The notes under the pieces were generated by a model. The model was not told where the DNA came from. It saw only the letters and a list, made by a program, of their open reading frames with translations, and did not search any database. The translations under genes and the position numbers were made by a program. Shown here piece by piece: positions 47,069 to 58,300 of a stretch of DNA of 64,000 nucleotides. Each line of letters begins with the position of its first letter. The stretch's first letter is position 1. The stretch comes from Leucoraja erinacea. Its lineage: Eukaryota. The stretch lies in NCBI RefSeq assembly GCF_028641065.1, contig NC_073391.1:34782001-34846000 (forward strand). The letters run 5' to 3'.

Positions 47069-48772
47069 TGGGCCGCTCACAGCACTGACACCCTTGCCCA
47101 GGGCCATACAACCCGCAGTGACTCTACTCCTCATCCCCGGGGCCCGCAACCCACAGTGACCGATCCCTCCTGTGACCACTCCCCTCATCGCTGGCCCAGG
47201 GCCGTACTACTTGTAGTGACTCTCCCTCGCTGTCACTGGCTGGTCCAGGGGTGTACAACCCACTGATGCCCCTTCAACCCCCCCTCCCCCCTGCAAGAGT
47301 GTGTGACCAGCCCTGCCCCGTGCTAGCGTGACCTTCTGACTGCCACAGATTACAGATCAAGGATAAAAACCTGCCTTTACCCATCCTTGTTCCCCCAACC
47401 CCCACGTGGTTCTCAGAACGAACAAAGGATGCAGCTATTTCCACGGTATCCGTGGCATTCCCTTACGTACCCAGCCCGCACCAAGGTGACCAGCCTCATC
47501 TAGCCTCAGCCCCTCCCACACCGAGGTGATCAGCCTCTCCTGCCCACAGAGATCAGCCTTTTCTTGCCTTTCCCTCCCACGCTGAGGTGATCAGCCTCCG
47601 CCACATTCGCGACACGTTGCCGCACAGATATTTTGAAAGAATGTGAATGAGAAATTTGTCCCTCATTGTGTTTTTTTCTAAAAGTTTTGATGAAATTTAC
47701 AATAAAACACTGAAATACATCATGGTATCCCGAAAATGTTTCTGCTAAGTGAGAAGTAAATCTTCCCTTTGCAAAGGGAAGATCCATCAATGTTTTGCAC
47801 ACAATCTACTTCACCTAGTTGGAACTTACACTCCCTTTACTGTTGCTTTTAAAGCCCAGTAGTTGCACATCTGCACAAGGATCAGAGTTGGTGAGCATGT
47901 GGGGAGTGTGTAAGTGAATGTGGGAGCACAACTGGGAGGATGGGTCATTGACACCTGAAACTCGCCACTCGACAGGACAATTTTGATTTGAAAATGAAAC
48001 ACTGCCAAAGTTGATTCCCAGTAGATTTACTTGCATTAGGTAACTTGCATTACAACACCATAGTGACACGATTGGAGAGGTTTAAAATATTTCCACAAGT
48101 CCAACAAAAAAGACATATGCTCTTCCTTAATTTCATAATTACACCCTCGCTGAAATGACCCTGAAATAAATCAGAAAGAGGTGAATAAGACATTAGTAAT
48201 GCAGGGGATGAACTTGTCTTAAGACAGGCTTCTGGAGCCAAGCTGAATCAAAGGAAGAACAAGGCAGCAGAATATTATCTGAATGTTAGATTATGAAAAG
48301 GGGAGGTGCAACGGGACTTGGGTGTCCTTGTACACCAGTCACTGAAAGTAAACATGCAGGTACAGCAGGCAGTGAAGAAAGCAAATTGCATGTTGGCCTT
48401 CATAGGACAGAGCAGGCACCCATTAGATACATAATAAAGCTCCTACACTGCCCTGCCATGGATTAGACAGATTATAACTCCCTCACAAACTAATAACAAA
48501 AATGGCTGTGATCGGACAGTGTAGGAGCTTAAATCGCCCTCTGTCATCCCATTAATTAATTATTGTCAATACTTATTTTGTAATTTAAAAACTAGATTTA
48601 ATTCATTTACATTTTTATTATCAAAAGATTACTAAAAACATTAAATTAGGCAGTTGAGCTCTTAAGCACGATCTAGAACTATCCACATTAGACACTGACA
48701 GCAAGGAACAATGTGCGAACTGGCATTTTATTGTCTAAAAAAACAGCTGTAAATGAAAATCCTCACCGCACA

Positions 48773-49856
48773 TCATTTCTGGTCTGCGATTGCCGGTGGT
48801 GCCTTCTTCTTTGATCGCAGTTTGAAGAATAATATGAGTGACGCGATCCCTGCGTACGTAACCAGCACGTACTGTGAGGATGAAAAACAGAGCGAGGTCA
48901 GAAAAATGCTCCTTAATGGCACCGTGATGCCGTGGGGAGAGCCGCTGCCTCACAGTACCAGAGATCCGGGTTTGATCCTGATCTCAGTTGCTGTCTGTGT
49001 GGAGTTTGCAGTTCTCCCTAAGACAGCGTGGGTTGCCTCCGGGTTCTCTGGTTTCCTCCCATATCCCAAAGACATGTAGGCCTGTTAATTGTTAGACTTC
49101 TGTAAACTGCCCCCAGTGGGTAGGGAGAGGATCAAAGGTGGGATAACAGAACTAGTGTGAACGGGTGATCGATCTTCATCACTGCCTTGTTCAGGATCTC
49201 CGACATCTAGCTAACAACATCAATCAATCTCAATACAAGGAATTACAGATGCTGGAATCCTGAGCAAAACACAGTGCTGGAGAAATAAACAGGTGACATT
49301 TTGGGTCAGCCTGATAGTTGGGGGAGAAAGCTGGACAAGAAAAATAGTTGTGCGGCAAAGCCATGCAAGTGATAGATGGATACAGGCGAGTGGGGGGGGG
49401 GGGTGATTGGCAAATGTGTGGAGATTGTGACAAGTCTAAAGTGTTAAATTGTCATTTGTACCAACAACAGAACAAAGACATTTTTACTTGCAGCAGCTTA
49501 ACAGGCCTGTTAACATAATATGTAATAAATAAAAATTCAATAAATTAACAATCACATTAGTGCAAAAAAAAGACAAAAACATGAGGTGCAAAGGAGACCA
49601 AAGGGTGTCTGATAAGGAGGAGTAAAATGTGAAGGAGGGAGAGGGATATGGGTGGAAGGGGAGGGATGAGTGTGGGTGGAAGGGGACGGGGCGAGGGAGA
49701 AGACGTCGGGGGGATCTCGCAGCCAACCATGCAGACCCCTGCCTCCTGTGTCACTGTCCCAGTACTCACGTTCCTCCTGCCTGTGATAGAGTAGGCATTG
49801 AAGTACTTGTAGAATCCAGTGAACTGGTGCTGACCGGGCACATCATGACCCGCCAT
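48773..49856 (-). CDS. ATP5MK: ATP synthase membrane subunit K (DAPIT/USMG5), 61 aa; coding exons 49770-49856 and 48773-48871
   Basis: MAGHDVPGQHQFTGFYKYFNAYSITGRRN|YVLVTYAGIASLILFFKLRSKKKAPPAIADQK*; FTG..KYFN.Y..TGR.N signature; sits between TAF5 and PDCD11 as in human. Confidence 0.95.
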
Positions 49857-50559
49857 TCTGACTGACACAGGCTGCAGAGGAATAAAAAGATGGGTTACAT
49901 CAAGCATTGCAATGATCATCTCAGCATCGTGGTCTGAGTGTGTAGCCCATTAGTTTGCTCTGCAGCCGGACACATACTGCTCCGCTCTGCACATGAAAGA
50001 TGAGATTGTTGTGGAGAGACTGTGGGAGGTCGAGGGAATGTTACCAGGACCAGAATACTGCAGCTCAACGGGACGGAGTTAGCACCGAGGAGAACTGACT
50101 GATGCACACACGGTTACAGGTTGCTTAGAGGGAGGACAGCTTAACTGGGGCCTTTCCTCAACAACAAGATACAAAGACGACAGATAGCACAATGGGCTAA
50201 GAGTTCGGCTGGCGACCGAAGGTAGCCGGTCAAATCCTGTTACATACTGGTTGTCTTAGTAGGGGCAGACACTTCACGCCACCTTTGCTGTGTGTAATGG
50301 AATGTATTACGGCGGCAGGCGCGGGGCCTTTCCTGCTAAAAATGCATTTCGTTGTCTCTGTACTGTACACTGACAATGACAATTAATTGAATCATTTCAT
50401 TTTTTTTTTTTTTTCAAGATACAATTTATTTATCATTTGGACCCCTTGAGGTCCAAACGAAATGACGTTTGGACCTCAAGGGGTCCAAATGATAAATAAA
50501 CACACATACCTCCAACCATCAGTGAGGATGCATCCCTTGGCAGAGGGTCAGACCAGGGA

Positions 50560-50880
50560 TAGGATTCTGCAGGGGAGACTTGCCGCAGGGGGTGAGGCGG
50601 TACAGGGGTGAGGCACCCCCAGGGGTGGGGTGGTACTGGGGATAATTTCCCCAAGGGTACAATGCTACAGGAGTTCCTCCAAGGGTGGAATGCTGGACAG
50701 AAGCCCCCCCGCACCATGGAGTGCTGGGCGGTAGAGATCCCCCAGGGGTGGGGTGCCAGAGAGAAGACCTCACCTCAACCCCACCACTCTAACCTCTAAC
50801 ATTGGGGTGGGGTGCTGGACAGAGGCCTCTCCCCAGGGAGTGAGGTGATGCAGTGGAGAATTCCCCCAGGAGTGGGGAGT
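50560..50880. repeat. Degenerate minisatellite (CCCCAGGGGTGGGGTGCTGG-like)
   Basis: Repeated unit in ATP5MK intron 1. Confidence 0.7.
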
Positions 50881-50929
50881 TTCTGATCTCCGTCCTCAGG
50901 GTGGGAACGGCTGAACCTCTCCCTTCTCC

Positions 50930-51680
50930 CAGTGGTCAGTCCGGGGCCGAACCCTGCGGGGCGGGTGTGGTGCCGGCCTGGTCCCCCGGCGACTGAGGCC
51001 CAGCGGTGTCGCCGGCTGTCGCGCCGGTAGCCCGGCCCCTCCCGCAGGTTCGTTTCGGTTCCAGCGGACCTTCCCCCGGCCAGGCCCAGGGCACCATCAG
51101 ACCCGGACCTTGCCCAGGCCCAGGCCGCCGGCTCTCACCTTCACTCCGCCGCCGCCAACGTCCTTCACAGGCCCGCCCGGGTTTCAGAAGCGGCGCCGGA
51201 AATCCCAGCCCACGGCAGCGCCTATTGGGCGGGCGAGGAGTCAATCACCATGACCGGGACTGGCGCCACCTCCCATTGGGCCGCTCGGACCGAGCGCTCC
51301 CGCCCCTCGACAGCCATTGGCTAATGACTGAAGGTCCCGCCCATCGACTGTAAGACCGCGCGATAGGAGGAGAGCGACGTCACACAGGATCGGCCCGTCG
51401 CTGATTGGGCGAGGCCGCGGAGTCTGCAGGGCCCCGGAAGTGTTTGTGCTGCGACCAGAAGTCCTTCCGGGGGTCGGAGTCATGGCGATGTCCATGTGAG
51501 CGGCCGGGCTCCTCTAGGATCTTTGGTGAGGAGGATCCAAGGGCCTGAGGCCAGGGAGCAGGGAGCAGGGAGCAGGGAGACGAGAGGGTCGCGGGGAGGG
51601 GGAAAGGAGCAGGAGACCTGCGTGGGCGGACGAGGGGGATCGCAGCCCCCGGCATTGGGGCGGAGCAGGAGGAAGAGGCC
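50930..51680. promoter_or_regulatory. CpG island / bidirectional promoter of ATP5MK and PDCD11
   Basis: GC/CpG rich; ATTGG (CCAAT) at 51224, 51275, 51316, 51404; ETS CCGGAAGT 51434-51441; CRE-like GACGTCA near 51376. Confidence 0.8.
51139..51200 (-). other. ATP5MK: Probable non-coding exon 1 of ATP5MK
   Basis: Donor GAAG|gtgaga at 51139/51138 inside the CpG island; matching acceptor at 49871; upper boundary approximate. Confidence 0.6.
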
Positions 51681-52232
51681 ATTCGCCCCCTCGTTAGTTG
51701 TACATCACAGGAACAGGCCGTTCAATGCACGATCTTCGGTTTACGTTCCCTCCATGGTGGGAATAGATAGGGCGAATTAACGGTCTTTTACCCCAAGGTC
51801 GTAGAATTCGGAGCCGGAGTTTTAAGGTTAGAGGGAAAGGTTAGGAAACTGAGAGGCAACATTTGTACACAGACGGTGGAAAGTATATGGAATGAGCTGC
51901 CAGACGAAGTAATTGAGGCAGACACTACAACAACATTTGGAAGTCATTTAGAAAGGTACATGCATAGGAAAGGTTTAGAGGGGTATTGGTCAATCGTGGG
52001 CAGGTGGGACTAGTGGAGATGGTGGGCATCTTGGTCAGCATCGGCAAGTTGGGCTGTGAGTCTGTTTTGTGCTGTGTGACTCGATAGCTCCAATCCATTT
52101 GATCTGGCTGCCAGACCACACTATGTGCCAATACTACATCTGGTGTCTCAGTAACTTGGTAAGAGTCCAGAATGCCAGTCACCAGTGAAGAGGATGTGCC
52201 TAAATGTGTTTTTACCTCTCCAGGTGTTGACA

Positions 52233-52331
52233 ATGGCTGCAGAAGATGAGAGCTTTCCCCGTGGGGGGATACAGAGGAAGGCTGCAGCAGGGAAGAGCAA
52301 GAGGAAGGAGGAAGAGGATGACTTGTTTCAT
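52233..52331 (+). CDS. PDCD11: PDCD11 first coding exon
   Basis: [12 protein letters not shown]...DDLFH|gtaagt; acceptor ends at 52223. Confidence 0.93.
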
Positions 52332-55300
52332 GTAAGTTCTGGAGATGAGGCAACTGGGAAGCAGCAGTGGAATTTACAGATGGGAGGATGATTTCCAATG
52401 TGCGGATGGATGTTGGGTTTCTGTCGCCGATACAGCCGGTCAGAGTGTTTAGTAGTGTTCACTTTTAATCATTCACTGTGAATCCATGGTTGAATATTTC
52501 CGTATGTCACGTAATTTCAATCCACCTTCACCAACTAATCAACAAGTGCGTTTGAGACCCCATTTGCAAATGTACTGCCGGCTGTCAACAATATAACATT
52601 GCTTTCTGCTGTAGTCGGGGAATAAAGGGAACTTCATTCTGTGTCTGGCATGAGGATGGAAATAGCTCAGTGTTCACTCCAATGCTATACTTGCTCCATT
52701 CAGTTGTGCGGTCCTTTTTGTGAGCATACTTTATAAATGTTGTGCTCTGCCTCCAGTGGCCCAGCGCTGAGCCTCGTACAAGGCCCCAAAGGTAGAAAAA
52801 AGGAAGAAAGAAATAAACGATGAGAAAACGAAAAAGCCAATTGGGGTGGAAGGAGGGCCATCGCGGAGGAAACAGCCACCGGAAGCAGACGTGCTCACGT
52901 TCAAGGTATGTTAGCCATCAAGTACATTTTGTGTGGTTCATTGGTACTTTATTATCACATGCCTAGGTAAAATGAAATACCTTTATTGCATACAGTTCAG
53001 TATAGATCTTGCTCTTCATATGAACAATTATACTTTAGTACAGGAGGGGATAAAATAGTAGATTACACTCACACGACACACAAAAGTTGCCGCGTTTCTG
53101 GCACCAACTGATATTCTTCAAGTTCAAAGCTACTAATAATGTAGAGCCCTAACTTGGCCATAAAGGCCCATAGTCCTGGCTGCGGCACTGGGTTGGAGTT
53201 GCAGAGGTTGGCCTGGTCTGGCGATGTGGTTCGTGTTCTCCACCACTGCTCCGTTCCACTGCAGGCCGCGTGCTCTGCCTCTTGGAGCTGCACCCGAAGT
53301 AATCGAGCCCCTGGCTATTGCAGGGCCTCCAGCAGCCTATTCCATGGACTCGTTGACCCACAAATGTGCCGTTCCCTCACCTCACATATCCAACGTTCAG
53401 CCTCTGTGCCCCGAGGCAGCACCCGCAGCTGACCTCAGAAACCACAGAGCACGAGAGGTCAGCTCCCAGCCCCCTCACCGATCCTCTCCTTCATTCACTG
53501 CCATCTGGGAAGCCGGATTGAGGCAAAGATAATTTATCCCTCCCCGTCCATCTGTTCCATGTACAGTTTGTGACATGGTGACTGCACACCGTCCTTCAAA
53601 ACCTCCGTCAATTTCAGCTGGTCCAGAATTTTGCGTCCAGTGTGGGAAAGTACCAGCTTCGCTATCTGTAGTTTTCCTAGCCCTAATCCTCATACAGCTA
53701 TTGCATTGAAATAGGCCCTTCAGCCCACTTTGTCCATGCCAACCCTTGGACTGGGCAGCATCCACATCTCTCTTTCGCTCCTTTCCCCATGCAGAAACTG
53801 ACGGTGGGCACCCTGTTGCTTGGATGTGTGAAGGAAGTGACTGACTTTGAACTGGCGGTGGGTTTGCCCCACGGCCTCACCGGCTACGTCAACCTCACCA
53901 GCATCTGCGAAGCGTTTACACAGTCCCTGAGCAAGCAGGTCAGCGAGGACCTGACCGAGGTGAGTCCGATCATTATCCCTCTCTTACCTCTGGGCCTCTA
54001 CAGTGTCACCTTGCTGGGACCTGTGCAAGCGTCACTTTGGGGGTAGTTCTGGATGTGCATTTGACAATGGGGTAGTGATCAGGAGATGTGGGGTGACATG
54101 AGCAACTGCAGATGCTTGAATCTTCAGTAAAACACAAAGTGCTGCAGGAACTGAGCAGGACGTGCAGCCCTTGTGGAGAGAATGGACAGATAAAGTTACC
54201 AGTCGAGACCTTTCTTCAGGCTGATGGATTATGGAGAGAGAAAGCTGATAAAGAGGTGGGTGCGGGACAAAGGCTGGAAAGTAATGGGTGGATACAAACG
54301 TCGGGGTGATTGGCAGATGGATGGGGTAAGTGACGAGGGATAGAGGTGAAAAGGAGACAAAATGTTGTCAATTAAGGAGGGAAGAGGAGAAGCAAAATAT
54401 AAAGCCAGATGGGTATGGGTGGATGGGGATTGGAATAAAAGGAAAATGTGGGAATTGGGGATTGGAGATGAGCGTGCGGAGAAGGGACGAGGAACAAGGT
54501 TATTGTGGGTGTGTGGGGATTGGTGGTGGGAGAAAAGTGTGCGCACTGGGATGGGGGCCAGGGGGAGGAAATGGGGGTAGGAGGAGTATTGCTTGAAATA
54601 TGAAAACAAATGTTCCGACTGTTGGGTTGTTCGATCCTCAAGCCTAGGCCAGAGGGAGGGCTAATAAGGGGGCCGAGTCTACGTTTGCTATGTTTTTGTA
54701 AGTCTCCATTAGCTTCAGGCAGCCGAGTGAATCTGCCTCGAGTCATTGTACGGCGGTGGTTGTTTGTGCTCCGAGCTTCTGCTTCTTGTTGCCGTCGTGT
54801 TTCCCCAGGACCTGACGGCTCTGTCCGGCCTATTCAGCCCCGGCATGGTCGTGCGCTGCGTCGTCTCCCGGCTCGGCGCAACAAAGACCAACCGCCACAG
54901 CCTGAAGCTGTCCATTAACCCCAAGGAGGTGAACGCGGCGCTGTCGGCAGGGGCGCTGCGCGCTGGCATGGTGAGTGAGCAGCCGTGAGCGGAGTGGCAA
55001 AGAGTCACCCACTGTATGCTATAGCCCTCTAAAGAGTCGCCCACTGTATCCTGTAGCCCAGTAAAGGGTCACCCACTCTATCCCACTCTCAGTAAAGGGT
55101 CGGCCACTGTATCCTATTGCCTAGTATAAGGTCGCACACTGTATACGTCCCTAGTAAACGGTTACCCCCTGTTTCTTGCCCCCATAAAGGGTCACCCCCT
55201 CTACAGCTACCCAGCAAAGGGTTGCCCACTATCTTTTTGCCCAGTAAAGGGCCGCCCACTGTATCCTCTCATTAAGCCTTGCTTGTCAATGGTTCTTGGC

Positions 55301-58300
55301 CCCATTAAGTGAACGGCATTATTGGTTTGTTCTTGGTGGTCGTTTTGTTGGAATAATAAACATGAGACATGAGTGGCTTTATTTGTGATAACTTGTCAGA
55401 CAACGAGAACAGTTAATCAGAGACTGTTCTACAGACTCGAAGCATGCGGCATTTTTATACCATTTTTTGGTAGCAGCAATGTAAAGTTCGTCACGTACAC
55501 AGTTTACAAGGTTAGCTGCTGTGATCCAGCATTCTGTAATTTTCCCCCCATCACCATGGCCTTATCACCAAAAATAAAAAACAAGCCACGCAGGTGTTCA
55601 GGTTTTTGGCTTTGTGTGTCAGTGTGACCAGACATGCTTAGCCTAGGGCTGAAGGGAATCTTCACTGGAGTATGGTTCGTTTCCCAAGGTATGAAGTGCT
55701 GCCCGGGCTCATTCCAAGATGGAAGAACGGCTCAATTCCCTGTAACCTGCTGCCCAGTTGCAGCAGCAGCAGGAGGCCCGCTGAGCATCGCTCTTGTTTT
55801 GTATAAATTCCTGCTCTGCACCGTTCCTGCTGCTGTTCACAGTTTGCTGCTCCCTCTCTCTCTCCCTCTCTCCAGCTGCTCTCTGGCTGTGTATCGAGTG
55901 TGGAGGACCACGGCTATTTGGTTGATATTGGAGTCAAGGTCACCAAGGCCTTCCTGCCGCAACAGAAAGCACAGGAGTACATTAAAAACAGGAACCAAGG
56001 TAGGCCATCCTCGGGAGCAGTCTCTGTTACCGGGACAGCTCTTCATGCACCGCGGAATTGGAAAGAGGTGGTAAACTATCCCCGTAACTCTGAACAGTGT
56101 CACTTGGTCAAACCCTCAGGTGTCGGTGTGCTGTATTGTATTGTATTGCCCACGCACCAGCACTCAGAAGTTGCCAATCTTCACGCCACGCTTATTAGAA
56201 CACAGAGCCGTACAGCACAGGAATAAGTCCATCGACCCACAATGTCTGTGCTGAACATGATGCGAAGACCATCTCTTATCCACCTGCACGCAAACTATGC
56301 CCCTCCATTCCCTACATATCCACGTGTCTATCCAAACGTCCTTTATACGCCACTATTGTATCTGCCTCAACCCCCACACCTGGCAGCGGCTCCAGGAACT
56401 CACCACCCTCTGTTAAAATAAACTTGCCTCGCGCATCACCTTTAAACTCTGCCCCATTCAATTTATTCCTGTCATAAAGGTTGAAAGCGCACACCACCAG
56501 ATTTAAGGCGGATTCTTCCCCGCTGTTATTAGGCTACCGATCGTTCCTCCCATAGGCTAGAGTGTAGCCCTGTTCTTCCAACCTACCTCGTACACCTTGC
56601 ATATTTTCCTCTGTAACAGCAACACTATAACGGCATAACACCATATTATGCACTCTGTTTACACTACCCGTTTTACTTGTTTATGGCCTGATTGTACTGG
56701 TGTATCGTGTATGATTTAACTGGATAGAATGCAAAGCTTCTCACTGTATGAATACACGGGACAATAATAATTCAATGCTGATACTGCAATGCTCCCCAGC
56801 AACTTCCTAACGGGTGGGAATGTCTTATCCTCCAGAGCACACTGAGAATGTTGGTAATTGAATGATACTCACCAATGGTGATAAATTTTTCATGGACTAT
56901 TTGGTGTTTTCTTGTTTTGCTGGCACCAGGACTGCCTCTCCGTGTTGGTCAGTACCTGAACGTCCTGTTGGAGGTGATAAAGGACAACGGCCGATTCGCC
57001 CAGCTTTCAGTCCGCACTAACGACGTTGCCACGGCAATGGCAGCTGAGGATCAGAATTGGGGCTTTGGCAACCTGCTGCCGGGGTTGGTGGTGAATGCCG
57101 AAGTTCAGAAGGTACAGCTCTTGGGATCATGTATTCTCCTCCATTCCCACAAAGGTGGAAGCTCCCCCTGAAGTCCCTCTTAAATCTCTCCCCTCCCACC
57201 TTTCGCCTGTCCCCTCCAGTTTCAGAATCCCTTGTCCTGGGGAACATTCGCTTTATCCATGCAACTCGTGGCACGTACTTCCCCAGGCTCTGACCCATGC
57301 CTACGAGACTTATTTTGGACCTCTGCTGATTTTATTCCAGGTGAACCCCCATAGTCTGGTCCTGCAGTTCCTCTCTGACCTGTCAGGCACTGTTGACTTC
57401 AATCACCTGGATCCACAGAGAGTGGGGAACTACCGCACAGGTCAAAAGGTGAGCGCTTGGGAATAGTGGATGTACCATCAGAACATCGTGTGATGAGTCC
57501 TTGACAAACGTGAGAGTAATTGCATGAGCGTAAGATCCAGCGGGTCACAAGTGTTTAATTGTCTTCTGCACCGACAACGGGACAATGAAATTGTTACATT
57601 ATGTCGGTAAAACGCAATTACACAACTTACAGCGAACAATGAGAGACAGATTCGAGGCCTGAAGCTAATGGAACTCCGCAGCATCAGGCAGCATCTCTGG
57701 ATGGAAATGGGCAATGTTTCTGGTCGGGACACTTATTCAGACTGATGATGCTACCTGGCCTGTCTATTCCCTCTGCAGGTGCTGACTGACTTGCAGAGTC
57801 AGTGTGGACTCAATGGGCTGAATGTCATAAAGAAATGGGCTCTTGTATGTTCATTGTTCTGTTTGGCATGTACAGCATGGAAACGGGCCATTTGGCACAC
57901 TGAGTCCAGGCCGACCATCGATCACCCGTTCACACTAGTTCTATGTTATTCCACTTTTGCATCCACTCCCCTCACACCAGGGGCAATTTGCAGAGGCCTA
58001 TAAACCTACACGTCTTTGTGATGTGGGAGGTAACAGGAGCACGCAGTGGAAATCCACGCGGTCACAGTGATAACATGCAAACTCCACACAGACAGCACCC
58101 GAGGTCAAGATCAAATCTGGGTCTCCAGGTAGGGGAAATCAAGAACCAGAGAATATAGGTTTAAAAATTATCGGGGTATCTAAATCTAAATTTAAATTCT
58201 CGGGGTATCTTAATCTAAATTGTATTAGTTATTTAAGTTATGACATCAGATGAAAGCTGCATACCAAATCTCGTTGCTCTTATATGCAATGAAATAAAAG

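Noticed and set aside
48437-48530. 14-bp inverted repeat AAGCTCCTACACTG / CAGTGTAGGAGCTT
   Set aside because: Probably a small MITE remnant; single copy here, nothing further to support a function.
50160-50395. tRNA-like sequence
   Set aside because: No complete cloverleaf; followed by a LINE-type tail also seen at about 13038-13098, so a degenerate SINE.
49872-51138. miR-1307 ortholog in ATP5MK
   Set aside because: No recognisable matching sequence; that miRNA is known from mammals.
52757-52782. Stronger-looking upstream acceptors for PDCD11 coding exon 2
   Set aside because: The CAGs ending at 52756 and 52764 lead to in-frame stops; the AAG at 52782 preserves the frame.
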